From: Rickettsiales bacterium
GTDB taxonomy: Bacteria > Pseudomonadota > Alphaproteobacteria > Rickettsiales > UBA1997
Length of the DNA: 48,005 bases
Direction of reading: 5' to 3'
NCBI GenBank assembly: GCA_031268035.1
Contig: JAIRXW010000016.1
Coordinates: forward strand, 1-48,005
Positions within the stretch are counted from its first letter, which is position 1; every line of letters starts with the position of its first letter. The notes under the pieces were generated by a model. That model ran no database searches and had not been told where the DNA came from. It saw only the letters and a list, made by a program, of their open reading frames with translations. Both the position numbers and the translations under genes were made by a program. Of the stretch, positions 1-8,199 are shown piece by piece.

Positions 1-40
1 TTCCATAGTTTTTTTTCTTATCGTAGAATAGATTGGCCAT
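1..40 (-). CDS. 5' end of a gene running off the left edge (MANLFYDKKKNYG...)
   Basis: ATG at 40-38 with the frame open to the window edge, about 30 nt downstream of a near-consensus promoter. Confidence 0.45.
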   Translation of the reverse strand, partial: MANLFYDKKKNYG

Positions 41-69
41 GAGAAACCTAAAAACCAATTGACTCTCTG

Positions 70-98
70 ACTATAGCCAATGGGCTGTACAATGTCAA
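70..98 (-). promoter_or_regulatory. sigma70-type promoter
   Basis: Minus strand TTGACA-N17-TATAGT. Confidence 0.7.
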
Positions 99-268
99 GG
101 TTGGGGGGATGGCGTCCAGGGGGCCCCACCGCAGATGGCCAGAGCTGTGGAGGATAGCCGGTTTTAGAATCCTGCATCCTGGCCATTCACAATGTCACCC
201 TGTGGCCAATTTATTTCCTACCGGGTTAGGGAATATCTATGGACCCGCGGCGCAAAATAATCTTTTTG

Positions 269-3200
269 TCACAGTGCCAACTCCACTTCGAGGAATTCAC
301 CCTTTCCGTAGAAATTATTTATCTGGCACAGTCGGATTTTTTTTGGTAGCGCTCTATTTTGGGTGTTGTAACTATAGTGCCGTTCCTCTAGATATGTTTT
401 TTCCAATGGCGTCCCATTTTCGTCGTAAATTTCCATATAGTAGCCTCCATTACCGCTGGTGGGGGTATCCCCAACGCCGCTAGTCCAATTATAGTAGCCT
501 CTTTTTTTCTCCTCCCAATTTACGGTGACTGTGTCGTCCACTAGTCTATAGAAAAAATGGCAGGGAGCCAGCGGCCTGAGGTTTTTACCCTCCAGCTGAT
601 AGATAGATATCTGAGATTTTGCAACATCACCCCTCAGCGTCAGAGCCCTATAGGAATATTCAAAACCCACTCTATCGTAGTCAAATTCCTGGGTCAGCAG
701 AGTCTCGCCAAGTATCAGAAATCTTTCTCCCGCCCTGTGATTTTCTATTTCCTTTTCAGTTCCATAGAGGCCTCTGAGCAGTCCGGATACTTCGTAGGAT
801 CCGTCAATGTTCAAAATTATGTTTCTAAATTGTATTATTTCATTGCCATATAGGGCGCGATTTTTGCCATTAAGCAGCTCCGCAGTATCAGCATTTTCGA
901 GGAGATTCGGGTCGATTCCTCCATGGAATGCCACCTTCAGTCTATTTATTTCGTCAGAGTAATAGGGTCTTGCGCTAGTGCCAAGATTAATAACTCTGCC
1001 CAGTAGAGTGTTGGTATTTATTTCCCCAATCATTGTGTAGTTTTTTCTGTTGTCGTCAGAAAAATATAGATTTGCTCCGGTCCAGTTTTCAAATTGACCA
1101 TTCAGAGTAAAAAATACGTAGATTTTATCCAACATAGCTGGGCCCAGGGCAGGGATCTCCAGGATCTTCAGATATGTACTGCCCGCGTCCCCCATTATTT
1201 CTAAATTGGGGCTAGGGGACTCGTCCCTAGAATATTTATAAATTCTATTTTCAAATTCCGTTGAACTGATTCTGAGAGTATCACCTTCCAGGGTGATACT
1301 TTCTATTTTAAGCAGGTACACACCCCCATTGATATGGATTTTTACCAGATCGGAGCAGTTTAGATATAAATACTTAGTTGGAAGTACAAAACTAAATTCG
1401 ACTCTCTCCAGCCATGAGGAATAGAGAGAAATTTCAGCAACATTCCTAGCCTTTTCCATGTCTAGCACCACCGGTATGGTGTATATGTCATGCTTGTCGC
1501 TCTCCGAAGAATTTCTCTCTGCGTAGACAGAGCTCGTATCGTAATTATTGTTTTTATCTATAAATATTAGACTTACCTTTCCAGGTAGATCGTTGTTGCT
1601 CCTAATATCTAATGCTATGAATTTTTTTGGTTCATCTTGGCCAAAGGCTATCAGATCATCCTCATAGATTTCCGTGGTCCTGTCGCTGTCTCTCGCGCTA
1701 GATTTGGTGGAAATAAAACTTATTCTGCCCTCGTTTTCTACGCAGTCAAAAAAATATACTTTCTGGAGTAAATAGAGAACATCTCTGACCGAAAGACTAT
1801 TATTCACCACAAAGCCATCGACAAATTCATCGACATCCACCGCCTCTATGAGACTTTCGTCTATCTCCGCATCTCTAAAAAGTTGATATATCAACACATT
1901 AGCATTGGAAATTCCCGTTTTGCCGTTGAGACAGTAGTCATATTTCCAATCTACCCCATCGGACCAAATATCTGTTCTGTTTGGGAAGAATGGGTAGGGG
2001 CGTATGTCCCAGCAATATAGAAATTTATTTTCTACAAAATTACTACCCCTAAAAGCTGATTCCGTTGCCTCTATGGCCATCCTCTGGGCATAGAAATCAC
2101 TGCTGCCGAGAGAGTATTTGGGTAAACTACCAATTTTCCTGAAGGGCTCGTTGCTAGAGCAATCCACCGAGCGAAACCCATACTCTGTAAACCAGATGTT
2201 TTTACTCTGGGGAATCCAGGCGCTAGCGCTACCATTTGGATTACTGTGACTGTTGTTCCACCAGTAGCTTAGATTTTTATAGGCATATTTAGGTTCTACA
2301 GCGGTTTTTGTTCCATTGGTTGTTATATAATCATAGCCCTCTCCGCCGAACCAGCCGTCCTCTATGGTTTCCTTTGTGATGGCGTCCTGGGAAGCGTCGG
2401 TCAATGGGAAAAACGCATTTATGCCAACAAAATCTATGTAATTTGATGCCCATAGCTTGTCCAGGGCAAACCAACCGCCTATGCTGTGATATTCTCTGTG
2501 GCCAGCGGCATAGCTTATTTTCACAGATCCACCGACTATGGATCTAACCATTCCCGCCAGAGCCAGAAGACTATCAACCGCCGGAAAACTGTTGTCGCTG
2601 CCCATCACCGAGGTTAGGCCCTCTAAATCGCTACCGATTAGAAAAACATCCACATAATTCTTAAGCAGATTAGCATAGTGTAAAATAAAATTATTGTAGC
2701 CGTTGGTTCCCGTAAAAAATGAAACAACACTATTCGGGTTGCCGCCCAGAAGCCTGCTGGATGGCGTCCCTTCCAGGTCCATTAGAATCCTGGGGTGGAA
2801 TACGGTATTCTTGCCTCTACTCCTGAGTTCCTGAAAAAAACTAACGATGCTGGCATCGCTGCTAGAACCGCTGGAGAATCTGAAATTACCATCGGCATTT
2901 TTGCCCATCGTTGGTGTGTTGTATCTATTCCAGTTACTTCCGATACTGTAGAAATCCGGAGCTGTAAAAATTGGATAGCCGGTGTCAAAATAACTGAAGG
3001 TCACTCTCGGAGTGATGGTGCAGTTTGAAATATCTAGACTATTTCCGAAAAAGGCTGCCGGCACAGAAAACCATTGGCAGTTCACCAGTCTATTTGTCAA
3101 CTGGTCTAGTGACAGCAGCGAATCGGCGATACCGCTATTGTTGTTTTTATTTAGAACATACCAAAGGCCATCACTGGTGTCGAGGGAGTCCTGGCTGAAT

Positions 3201-3925
3201 TGTTCTCCGGCTCTATACTGGACGGTTGTGTTTAGCGCAAATTCCCCCCAGGGAGGCGCTATGTTTATCCCCTGTACGCAATTTTCTAGACTAGTTTCGT
3301 TGTCGCTATCGATTTCGTTCTTTCTGGTTACCTCAAAAAGAAAGTTCGGAATTCTGTTATTAAATTCGCTCAGAGGAAAATTTTCAAATACAATGTAACT
3401 TATGTTCCTGTAGGCCGACACATTACCGGAACCCTCCAGCGATTCTATCAGTGGATCTGGCATTTGTGTGGAGGTGCCACCATAGAATCTATGCGCGTAT
3501 TCCGTCATGTCGAGCAGCGCTGTGTCGGCCCAGACATTTTCCACGCTCGCTATTTCTCCGGCGCAGATGGCTATGGCGAAGCTCAAAAAGTATAGATACT
3601 GTATACTGGTTTGGTTGATTTTTTGGCCCTTGCCTATTCTCAGAGTCGTCGTGTTATTGTTCGAAACCTCCTGGACTGTTCCGAGCCACAGCACATTCCC
3701 AGCCAATTTGTTTCTGCCATAGACAATGGGGATGATTTTGTTGTAGGTGGACGTCTGTATTGAAATTTCTGAAAGCTTACCACTTATTCTATCTTTTTTC
3801 CATTTTGTTTTGCTCTGACCATAGTTTATAAGTTCTCCCAGTGGTGATGAGTTGAACGTGTCAAGCATTTTGTCTTTTTTACTGTTTAGAGCGCTGAGAG
3901 CCTGGGTGAATATGAATGTTGTCAT
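269..3925 (-). CDS. Gene transfer agent (RcGTA g15-like) tail/baseplate host-specificity protein: GTA TIM-barrel domain plus phage tail domain
   Basis: 1218 aa. Motifs IPIVYGRNKLAGNVLW, SFAIAICAGEI, VSAYRNISYIVFENFPLSEFNNRIPNFLFEV, FILHYA..FLIGS, KISYAA, IWFTEYG, WDIRPYPFFP..W.DG.DW...LNG and EIIQF..GLLRG match the alphaproteobacterial GTA g15 family. Confidence 0.85.
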   Translation of the reverse strand: MTTFIFTQALSALNSKKDKMLDTFNSSPLGELINYGQSKTKWKKDRISGKLSEISIQTSTYNKIIPIVYGRNKLAGNVLWLGTVQEVSNNNTTTLRIGKGQKINQTSIQYLYFLSFAIAICAGEIASVENVWADTALLDMTEYAHRFYGGTSTQMPDPLIESLEGSGNVSAYRNISYIVFENFPLSEFNNRIPNFLFEVTRKNEIDSDNETSLENCVQGINIAPPWGEFALNTTVQYRAGEQFSQDSLDTSDGLWYVLNKNNNSGIADSLLSLDQLTNRLVNCQWFSVPAAFFGNSLDISNCTITPRVTFSYFDTGYPIFTAPDFYSIGSNWNRYNTPTMGKNADGNFRFSSGSSSDASIVSFFQELRSRGKNTVFHPRILMDLEGTPSSRLLGGNPNSVVSFFTGTNGYNNFILHYANLLKNYVDVFLIGSDLEGLTSVMGSDNSFPAVDSLLALAGMVRSIVGGSVKISYAAGHREYHSIGGWFALDKLWASNYIDFVGINAFFPLTDASQDAITKETIEDGWFGGEGYDYITTNGTKTAVEPKYAYKNLSYWWNNSHSNPNGSASAWIPQSKNIWFTEYGFRSVDCSSNEPFRKIGSLPKYSLGSSDFYAQRMAIEATESAFRGSNFVENKFLYCWDIRPYPFFPNRTDIWSDGVDWKYDYCLNGKTGISNANVLIYQLFRDAEIDESLIEAVDVDEFVDGFVVNNSLSVRDVLYLLQKVYFFDCVENEGRISFISTKSSARDSDRTTEIYEDDLIAFGQDEPKKFIALDIRSNNDLPGKVSLIFIDKNNNYDTSSVYAERNSSESDKHDIYTIPVVLDMEKARNVAEISLYSSWLERVEFSFVLPTKYLYLNCSDLVKIHINGGVYLLKIESITLEGDTLRISSTEFENRIYKYSRDESPSPNLEIMGDAGSTYLKILEIPALGPAMLDKIYVFFTLNGQFENWTGANLYFSDDNRKNYTMIGEINTNTLLGRVINLGTSARPYYSDEINRLKVAFHGGIDPNLLENADTAELLNGKNRALYGNEIIQFRNIILNIDGSYEVSGLLRGLYGTEKEIENHRAGERFLILGETLLTQEFDYDRVGFEYSYRALTLRGDVAKSQISIYQLEGKNLRPLAPCHFFYRLVDDTVTVNWEEKKRGYYNWTSGVGDTPTSGNGGYYMEIYDENGTPLEKTYLEERHYSYNTQNRALPKKIRLCQINNFYGKGEFLEVELAL

Positions 3926-3989
3926 GACTGCAACCGAATAGGTGGTGGACTGTTAAAAAGAATACGCCAAAAATTATTACGGGGGAGTA

Positions 3990-5771
3990 TTAGTTGTTGC
4001 CATTAGGTTTTCCCACTATCTTGCCTATCACAGTTCTTATTTTCACTTTGCCCGGCGACCCATAGAATAATTTTCCAAAGACAATAGATCCTCCATTGTC
4101 GATGGGGTATGTGTCTCTGGAGTCCCTGATGGCTTCGCAGCTAACTAATTTTTCACTGGACAACTTACCATTCTGATGCCCGAGAAACATTAGGAAGCTT
4201 GGATTTAGCAGCTCTGTCCTATCTAGACCCATAAAATAGATGGTGTCAAATAGATCGGGGCTAAGGGCACCATCTATGTTCGCAATGTCTATGCTGTCGA
4301 AGGTGTCGGATAGGTATCTGGTATTTTCAGAAACATAGGGGATAATTGCTGAACTACTGTTACTATATGTGTCAAATAGTTGCAAATGTTTGTCAAAGAG
4401 GACAAATATTAAATTTTTGTAAAGGATAAGATCATTGGGCTGATCTGGGTCCAATTGCTGTGTCTGTTCGGAACATTTATCATTGTAACATCTGAGTATT
4501 TTATGATTTATGGAGTCCAAAAAATATGCGTCATTTTCCCTGCTGACATAGAAATTCGAAATTTTTATTCCCTCCTCTAGCCCCGTAACCCTGTTCGGGC
4601 TGATAAGGTTCACATTGTCCAGGGCTATGATTTCAACTGAATATAGGATATTATTACTTTCATCCAGGTAATAGTAGTTGCCATTAAATTTTTTTATGTT
4701 GCTTACTCTTCCTGGAATTTCGAGTCTATTTGATCTACTGGTGCTGCTGTTTTTTTCGAAAAATTCTATCGTGCTTGTCCTTTTTCCAATTGTCCTAGAA
4801 ACCAACAGGCGCCCATCCTCTAGCGGTTCAACATCGCTAGTATCGCGAAGTTTGTCGTTGCCCTCTGAAAAAGTAAATTTTCGTCTAGCGATATCTAGAT
4901 AGCCGCTAGAACCGTCGCAACTGTCGAATAGGTGGAGCTTCCCGTGGCTATACTTGATACTCCCCGGAAAGCAAAAATTTTTACTCTCTATGATATATAA
5001 TATTTCCCCATCAAACTTCATAAGAAGTACGCGCCTTGCATAGATTTCCAAAACTGCCAAAATTGGGCTCGGCAGGCCGTCGAGGCCCTCCACCAGGACC
5101 ACTCTATCCATAGAGCCTATCAGATATTCATCGGTTCCACCGAAAGATTTTTTTACTGCGGCCACCCTGGTCCGATCGTAGGTTATCCTAGTTTCGCCCA
5201 GGGTGGATAAAAACTTTTCAAGCAAATGTGTTTCTGTGTCAGCTTCGAAAATACCTCTAACAACATAGCGGCGGTCACTGACTATAATTTTGTTGGTTTC
5301 CAGCGGAATGTTCAAAAATTTTTCTAGAGCAGATCTAGTCACCTGAATTGTCACATCATCTACATTGTACTTTGATAGAAATTTTTCCAGACGCTCCCCC
5401 GTGTTTTCTGTCGTTTCTCCGGGTGTGGCAGCGGCTTCGTTGGTAACAATTATATTGTAAAAACTCACATTTGAATATTTTTCTCGGAGATATTTTGTCA
5501 GTCGAAGATTGTCCAGATAGCTGGGATCCTCCAGGGTGAACAGATTAAAAATTACGAAATCGTTTGCATCCAAGTTTTTCAAATTTCCCAGATCCCCATT
5601 AAAAATTCTAGAATCTGATGATTTGGCCAGAAGATCGAAATTTTTTCTAAAATCACTTACCCGAGAACCTATCACACACCTTCTGGTCAGCAGAATAACC
5701 GCTAGAAACAGGGTGGTTAGAGTGAACAGCGTCAGGATAAAATTAGCCTCTCTGCGCATCTCTGCCTCCAA
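3990..5771 (-). CDS. Membrane-anchored protein with a degenerate thioredoxin-like domain and an NHL-like beta-propeller (NHLRC2/SOQ1-like architecture)
   Basis: 593 aa. N-terminal TM helix, FVIFNLFT..LREKYSNVSFYNI (thioredoxin-like, no CxxC), blade-like FCFPGSI..LHLFDS and YFLDSINHKILR. Confidence 0.5.
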   Translation of the reverse strand: MEAEMRREANFILTLFTLTTLFLAVILLTRRCVIGSRVSDFRKNFDLLAKSSDSRIFNGDLGNLKNLDANDFVIFNLFTLEDPSYLDNLRLTKYLREKYSNVSFYNIIVTNEAAATPGETTENTGERLEKFLSKYNVDDVTIQVTRSALEKFLNIPLETNKIIVSDRRYVVRGIFEADTETHLLEKFLSTLGETRITYDRTRVAAVKKSFGGTDEYLIGSMDRVVLVEGLDGLPSPILAVLEIYARRVLLMKFDGEILYIIESKNFCFPGSIKYSHGKLHLFDSCDGSSGYLDIARRKFTFSEGNDKLRDTSDVEPLEDGRLLVSRTIGKRTSTIEFFEKNSSTSRSNRLEIPGRVSNIKKFNGNYYYLDESNNILYSVEIIALDNVNLISPNRVTGLEEGIKISNFYVSRENDAYFLDSINHKILRCYNDKCSEQTQQLDPDQPNDLILYKNLIFVLFDKHLQLFDTYSNSSSAIIPYVSENTRYLSDTFDSIDIANIDGALSPDLFDTIYFMGLDRTELLNPSFLMFLGHQNGKLSSEKLVSCEAIRDSRDTYPIDNGGSIVFGKLFYGSPGKVKIRTVIGKIVGKPNGNN

Positions 5772-6642
5772 TTATTTTTATCTCCAGCTCGAGGTCTATG
5801 CCCATCAAATCTTTAGCTCTATGTCTAGCCAGGTCTATCAGATTTTCTAGATTTGTTGCCGTGGATTTTCCGTGATTTATCAAAAAATTGGCATGTTTTT
5901 CTGAAAACATAGCCCCACTAAAGTCAACCCCCCGGAGCCCAATCTGCTCTATAACTTTCCAGGCCGGTACATCCGGAGGATTTTTAAAGGTGGAGCCACA
6001 GGTCTTCTCTCCCCCAGGCTGTGTTCTTAGTTTTTCTCCGAGCATTTTTCTGAAGATCTTCTCGGATTCATCTCTATTGGTAAATTTACTTGCATCAAAG
6101 GTGGCCCTTAGGAAAATAAAATTCTCTGGCAACCCATTTTTTCTATAGCCAAAATTACACTCACTGGCGCCGATAGTCCGCACGTTGCCCACTGGATCCA
6201 CAACCTCTATGCTGATCAAAATATCCTTTAGTTCTGAGCCGTAGCAGCCAGCATTCATTCTGCAGGCGCCACCTACGGTTCCCGGGATGCAACCCAGAAA
6301 TTCGAAACCCCCTAGGTTCAGGCCTTTGGCAAAATTAAAAAGTTTGGCATTCGCTAGGCCACATTCGGCGACTATGGAGCCATTGGAAAATGTAACATCT
6401 CTGAGTTTTCGTGTGACTAGGACTACACCCTCGACACCGCCATCTCTGATCAGCAGGTTAGTTCCCCCGCCTATGACCGTGATTTTCTGTTTCCCACCAT
6501 TTATCTCTAGAAAATTCAACAGATCATCTTTATTTTCCGGCATAAAAAACAGCTGGGCGGCTCCGCCACAGCCAAAATTTGTATAGTTTGCTAGACTTCT
6601 GTTATTTTCCATGGTTGGTTGGGTGTCCACTGAATTCCGCAT
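5743..6642 (-). CDS. murB: UDP-N-acetylenolpyruvoylglucosamine reductase
   Basis: GGGTNLLIRDGG, GIPGTVGGA-like GCIPGTVGGACRMNAG, CGSTFKNP, SEKHANFLIN, LELEI. Confidence 0.95.
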   Translation of the reverse strand: MRNSVDTQPTMENNRSLANYTNFGCGGAAQLFFMPENKDDLLNFLEINGGKQKITVIGGGTNLLIRDGGVEGVVLVTRKLRDVTFSNGSIVAECGLANAKLFNFAKGLNLGGFEFLGCIPGTVGGACRMNAGCYGSELKDILISIEVVDPVGNVRTIGASECNFGYRKNGLPENFIFLRATFDASKFTNRDESEKIFRKMLGEKLRTQPGGEKTCGSTFKNPPDVPAWKVIEQIGLRGVDFSGAMFSEKHANFLINHGKSTATNLENLIDLARHRAKDLMGIDLELEIKIIGGRDAQRG

Positions 6643-6643
6643 A

Positions 6644-7888
6644 CTAAAAATTCAAAAGAAGGCCAATGGCGGCAGCAAATTCTTCGCCCGATTCCTTTTC
6701 ATCATCTATTTCAAATTTGTATTGGTAATCAATGAACTGCAGATAAAGGGTCAAATTCTTAGCGATCTTCCTTTTAAGCTCATAATTTGTAGTTTTTATT
6801 GTATTTCCGTTATATTCGCTGTTAAAAAACACAGCACCTATTCCAAAGGAACCAATTTCGTAGCTTGCGCCAAATGTTGTGTATCCGCCCCCAATTGTTT
6901 CCTCCAGGTTAAGTTTTTGGGAAAGATCTTCCTCTATACTTGTAATGTTTTGGCCATAGGATCCAGCAATGGTCAGGCCAAAATAGCTCAAACTAAGTCC
7001 AACCTCCCAGGATTGAAATTCTGCCGCCAGGGAAGAACTCTTTTTCTCATATTTTTTCCCTTTGAATGGGATTATCCAGGTTGGGGTTCTAGAATTAAAT
7101 TCAAATGCTATCGATGCCGCCAGAGAAATATCCAATATATTTCCAATGTAGTTCAGAGCCGCTGATGTGACACAGCCAAGGTCTTTGAGTTCGGTTTTTT
7201 CGGATTTGCTAATTAATTTTCCAAAAACCGCATTTTTAGAGAGTGTATCTGAGATATTTGGCGTTATACTTAGCCCCAGCTGAAAACCAAAAAACTCTGG
7301 TGAATAGTAACTTATTTTATCTAAATATCTGGTGGAATTCCAAGCCCCCTCCATAGATTGGCCGTTTGTAAAGCCAAAATTTTGATTCATTAGTGTGGTC
7401 GGTTCGAAGAGGGCATTTCCATAGCCCGTTGGAAACTCCACATGCTTCGCGAAACTACTGCCGGTCGCATTCGGACTAATCGAAAGTGGGAGGGCTCCAA
7501 TTTTTAGATTTTCCGTCGCATCCCGGGTCGTTCCAATCTCTATTTTTCCCAGGTAGCCAACGATGAATAGATAGTAGGTTGTTTCTCTGGGGTACTGGCC
7601 GCTAAGATCATGCCTAATGTCAAGTCCGTACTTCAGAACACCACCGGCCACATGGTAGAGACGTAGATCTAGAGATAGATCACTCTCAAATTTAAATAGA
7701 CTGTAACTGTTGCTATGAAAAAATTTTGAATCCAGATCACCTCCAATCTCCATAACATAGTTTCCAGCGAAATTTGAATTTTTTATGTAGGAGTGGTTGC
7801 TCGTCGTTTGGTATGCCAAACATACGCCCGGCAGGGTGGCGAGAACAAAAAACAGCAGGCTTCTCCGAGATTTTTGACTTAAATTCAA
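6644..7888 (-). CDS. Outer-membrane porin (alphaproteobacterial Gram-negative porin type)
   Basis: Signal peptide, LGKIEIG, KISYYSPEFFGFQLGLS, amphipathic beta-strands, C-terminal Phe. Confidence 0.75.
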   Translation of the reverse strand: MNLSQKSRRSLLFFVLATLPGVCLAYQTTSNHSYIKNSNFAGNYVMEIGGDLDSKFFHSNSYSLFKFESDLSLDLRLYHVAGGVLKYGLDIRHDLSGQYPRETTYYLFIVGYLGKIEIGTTRDATENLKIGALPLSISPNATGSSFAKHVEFPTGYGNALFEPTTLMNQNFGFTNGQSMEGAWNSTRYLDKISYYSPEFFGFQLGLSITPNISDTLSKNAVFGKLISKSEKTELKDLGCVTSAALNYIGNILDISLAASIAFEFNSRTPTWIIPFKGKKYEKKSSSLAAEFQSWEVGLSLSYFGLTIAGSYGQNITSIEEDLSQKLNLEETIGGGYTTFGASYEIGSFGIGAVFFNSEYNGNTIKTTNYELKRKIAKNLTLYLQFIDYQYKFEIDDEKESGEEFAAAIGLLLNF

Positions 7889-8129
7889 CGAATGTTACTA
7901 AATAATAGTAAAAGTAGTGGACACTATAAATTTCCTGGAGAGAAAAATCAATGGCGTGATTTTCAATTTCATTCATTCTATATATCTCTTTTCTATAGGG
8001 AAACTAGGAATAGTGGCGACAGCCAGCTCCAGGATATAGGCCCTAGGCGTACCGGAGACCCACAGACTATCACTAAATTTTACATAAATATATAACGCCA
8101 GTGGTCTCTCTGTAAAAATTCAAATGTCC

Positions 8130-8158
8130 TTGCTAATTAAATTGGCTAATTATACGCT
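8130..8158 (+). promoter_or_regulatory. Possible sigma70 promoter for the M16 peptidase gene
   Basis: TTGCTA-N17-TACGCT about 40 nt upstream of the GTG start. Confidence 0.35.
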
Positions 8159-8199
8159 TTCCACAGCGTGCTGTTATTTGACATGGTTGTCAGTTTTCC

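Noticed and set aside
109-483. Short opposite-strand or alternative-frame ORFs (for example 109-483, 12651-13034, 21868-22479, 37947-38540, 42693-43238)
   Set aside because: Shadows of well-supported genes, with no recognisable motifs.
269-3925. Prophage
   Set aside because: Only one tail-type gene, with no integrase, terminase, portal, capsid or att sites in the window.
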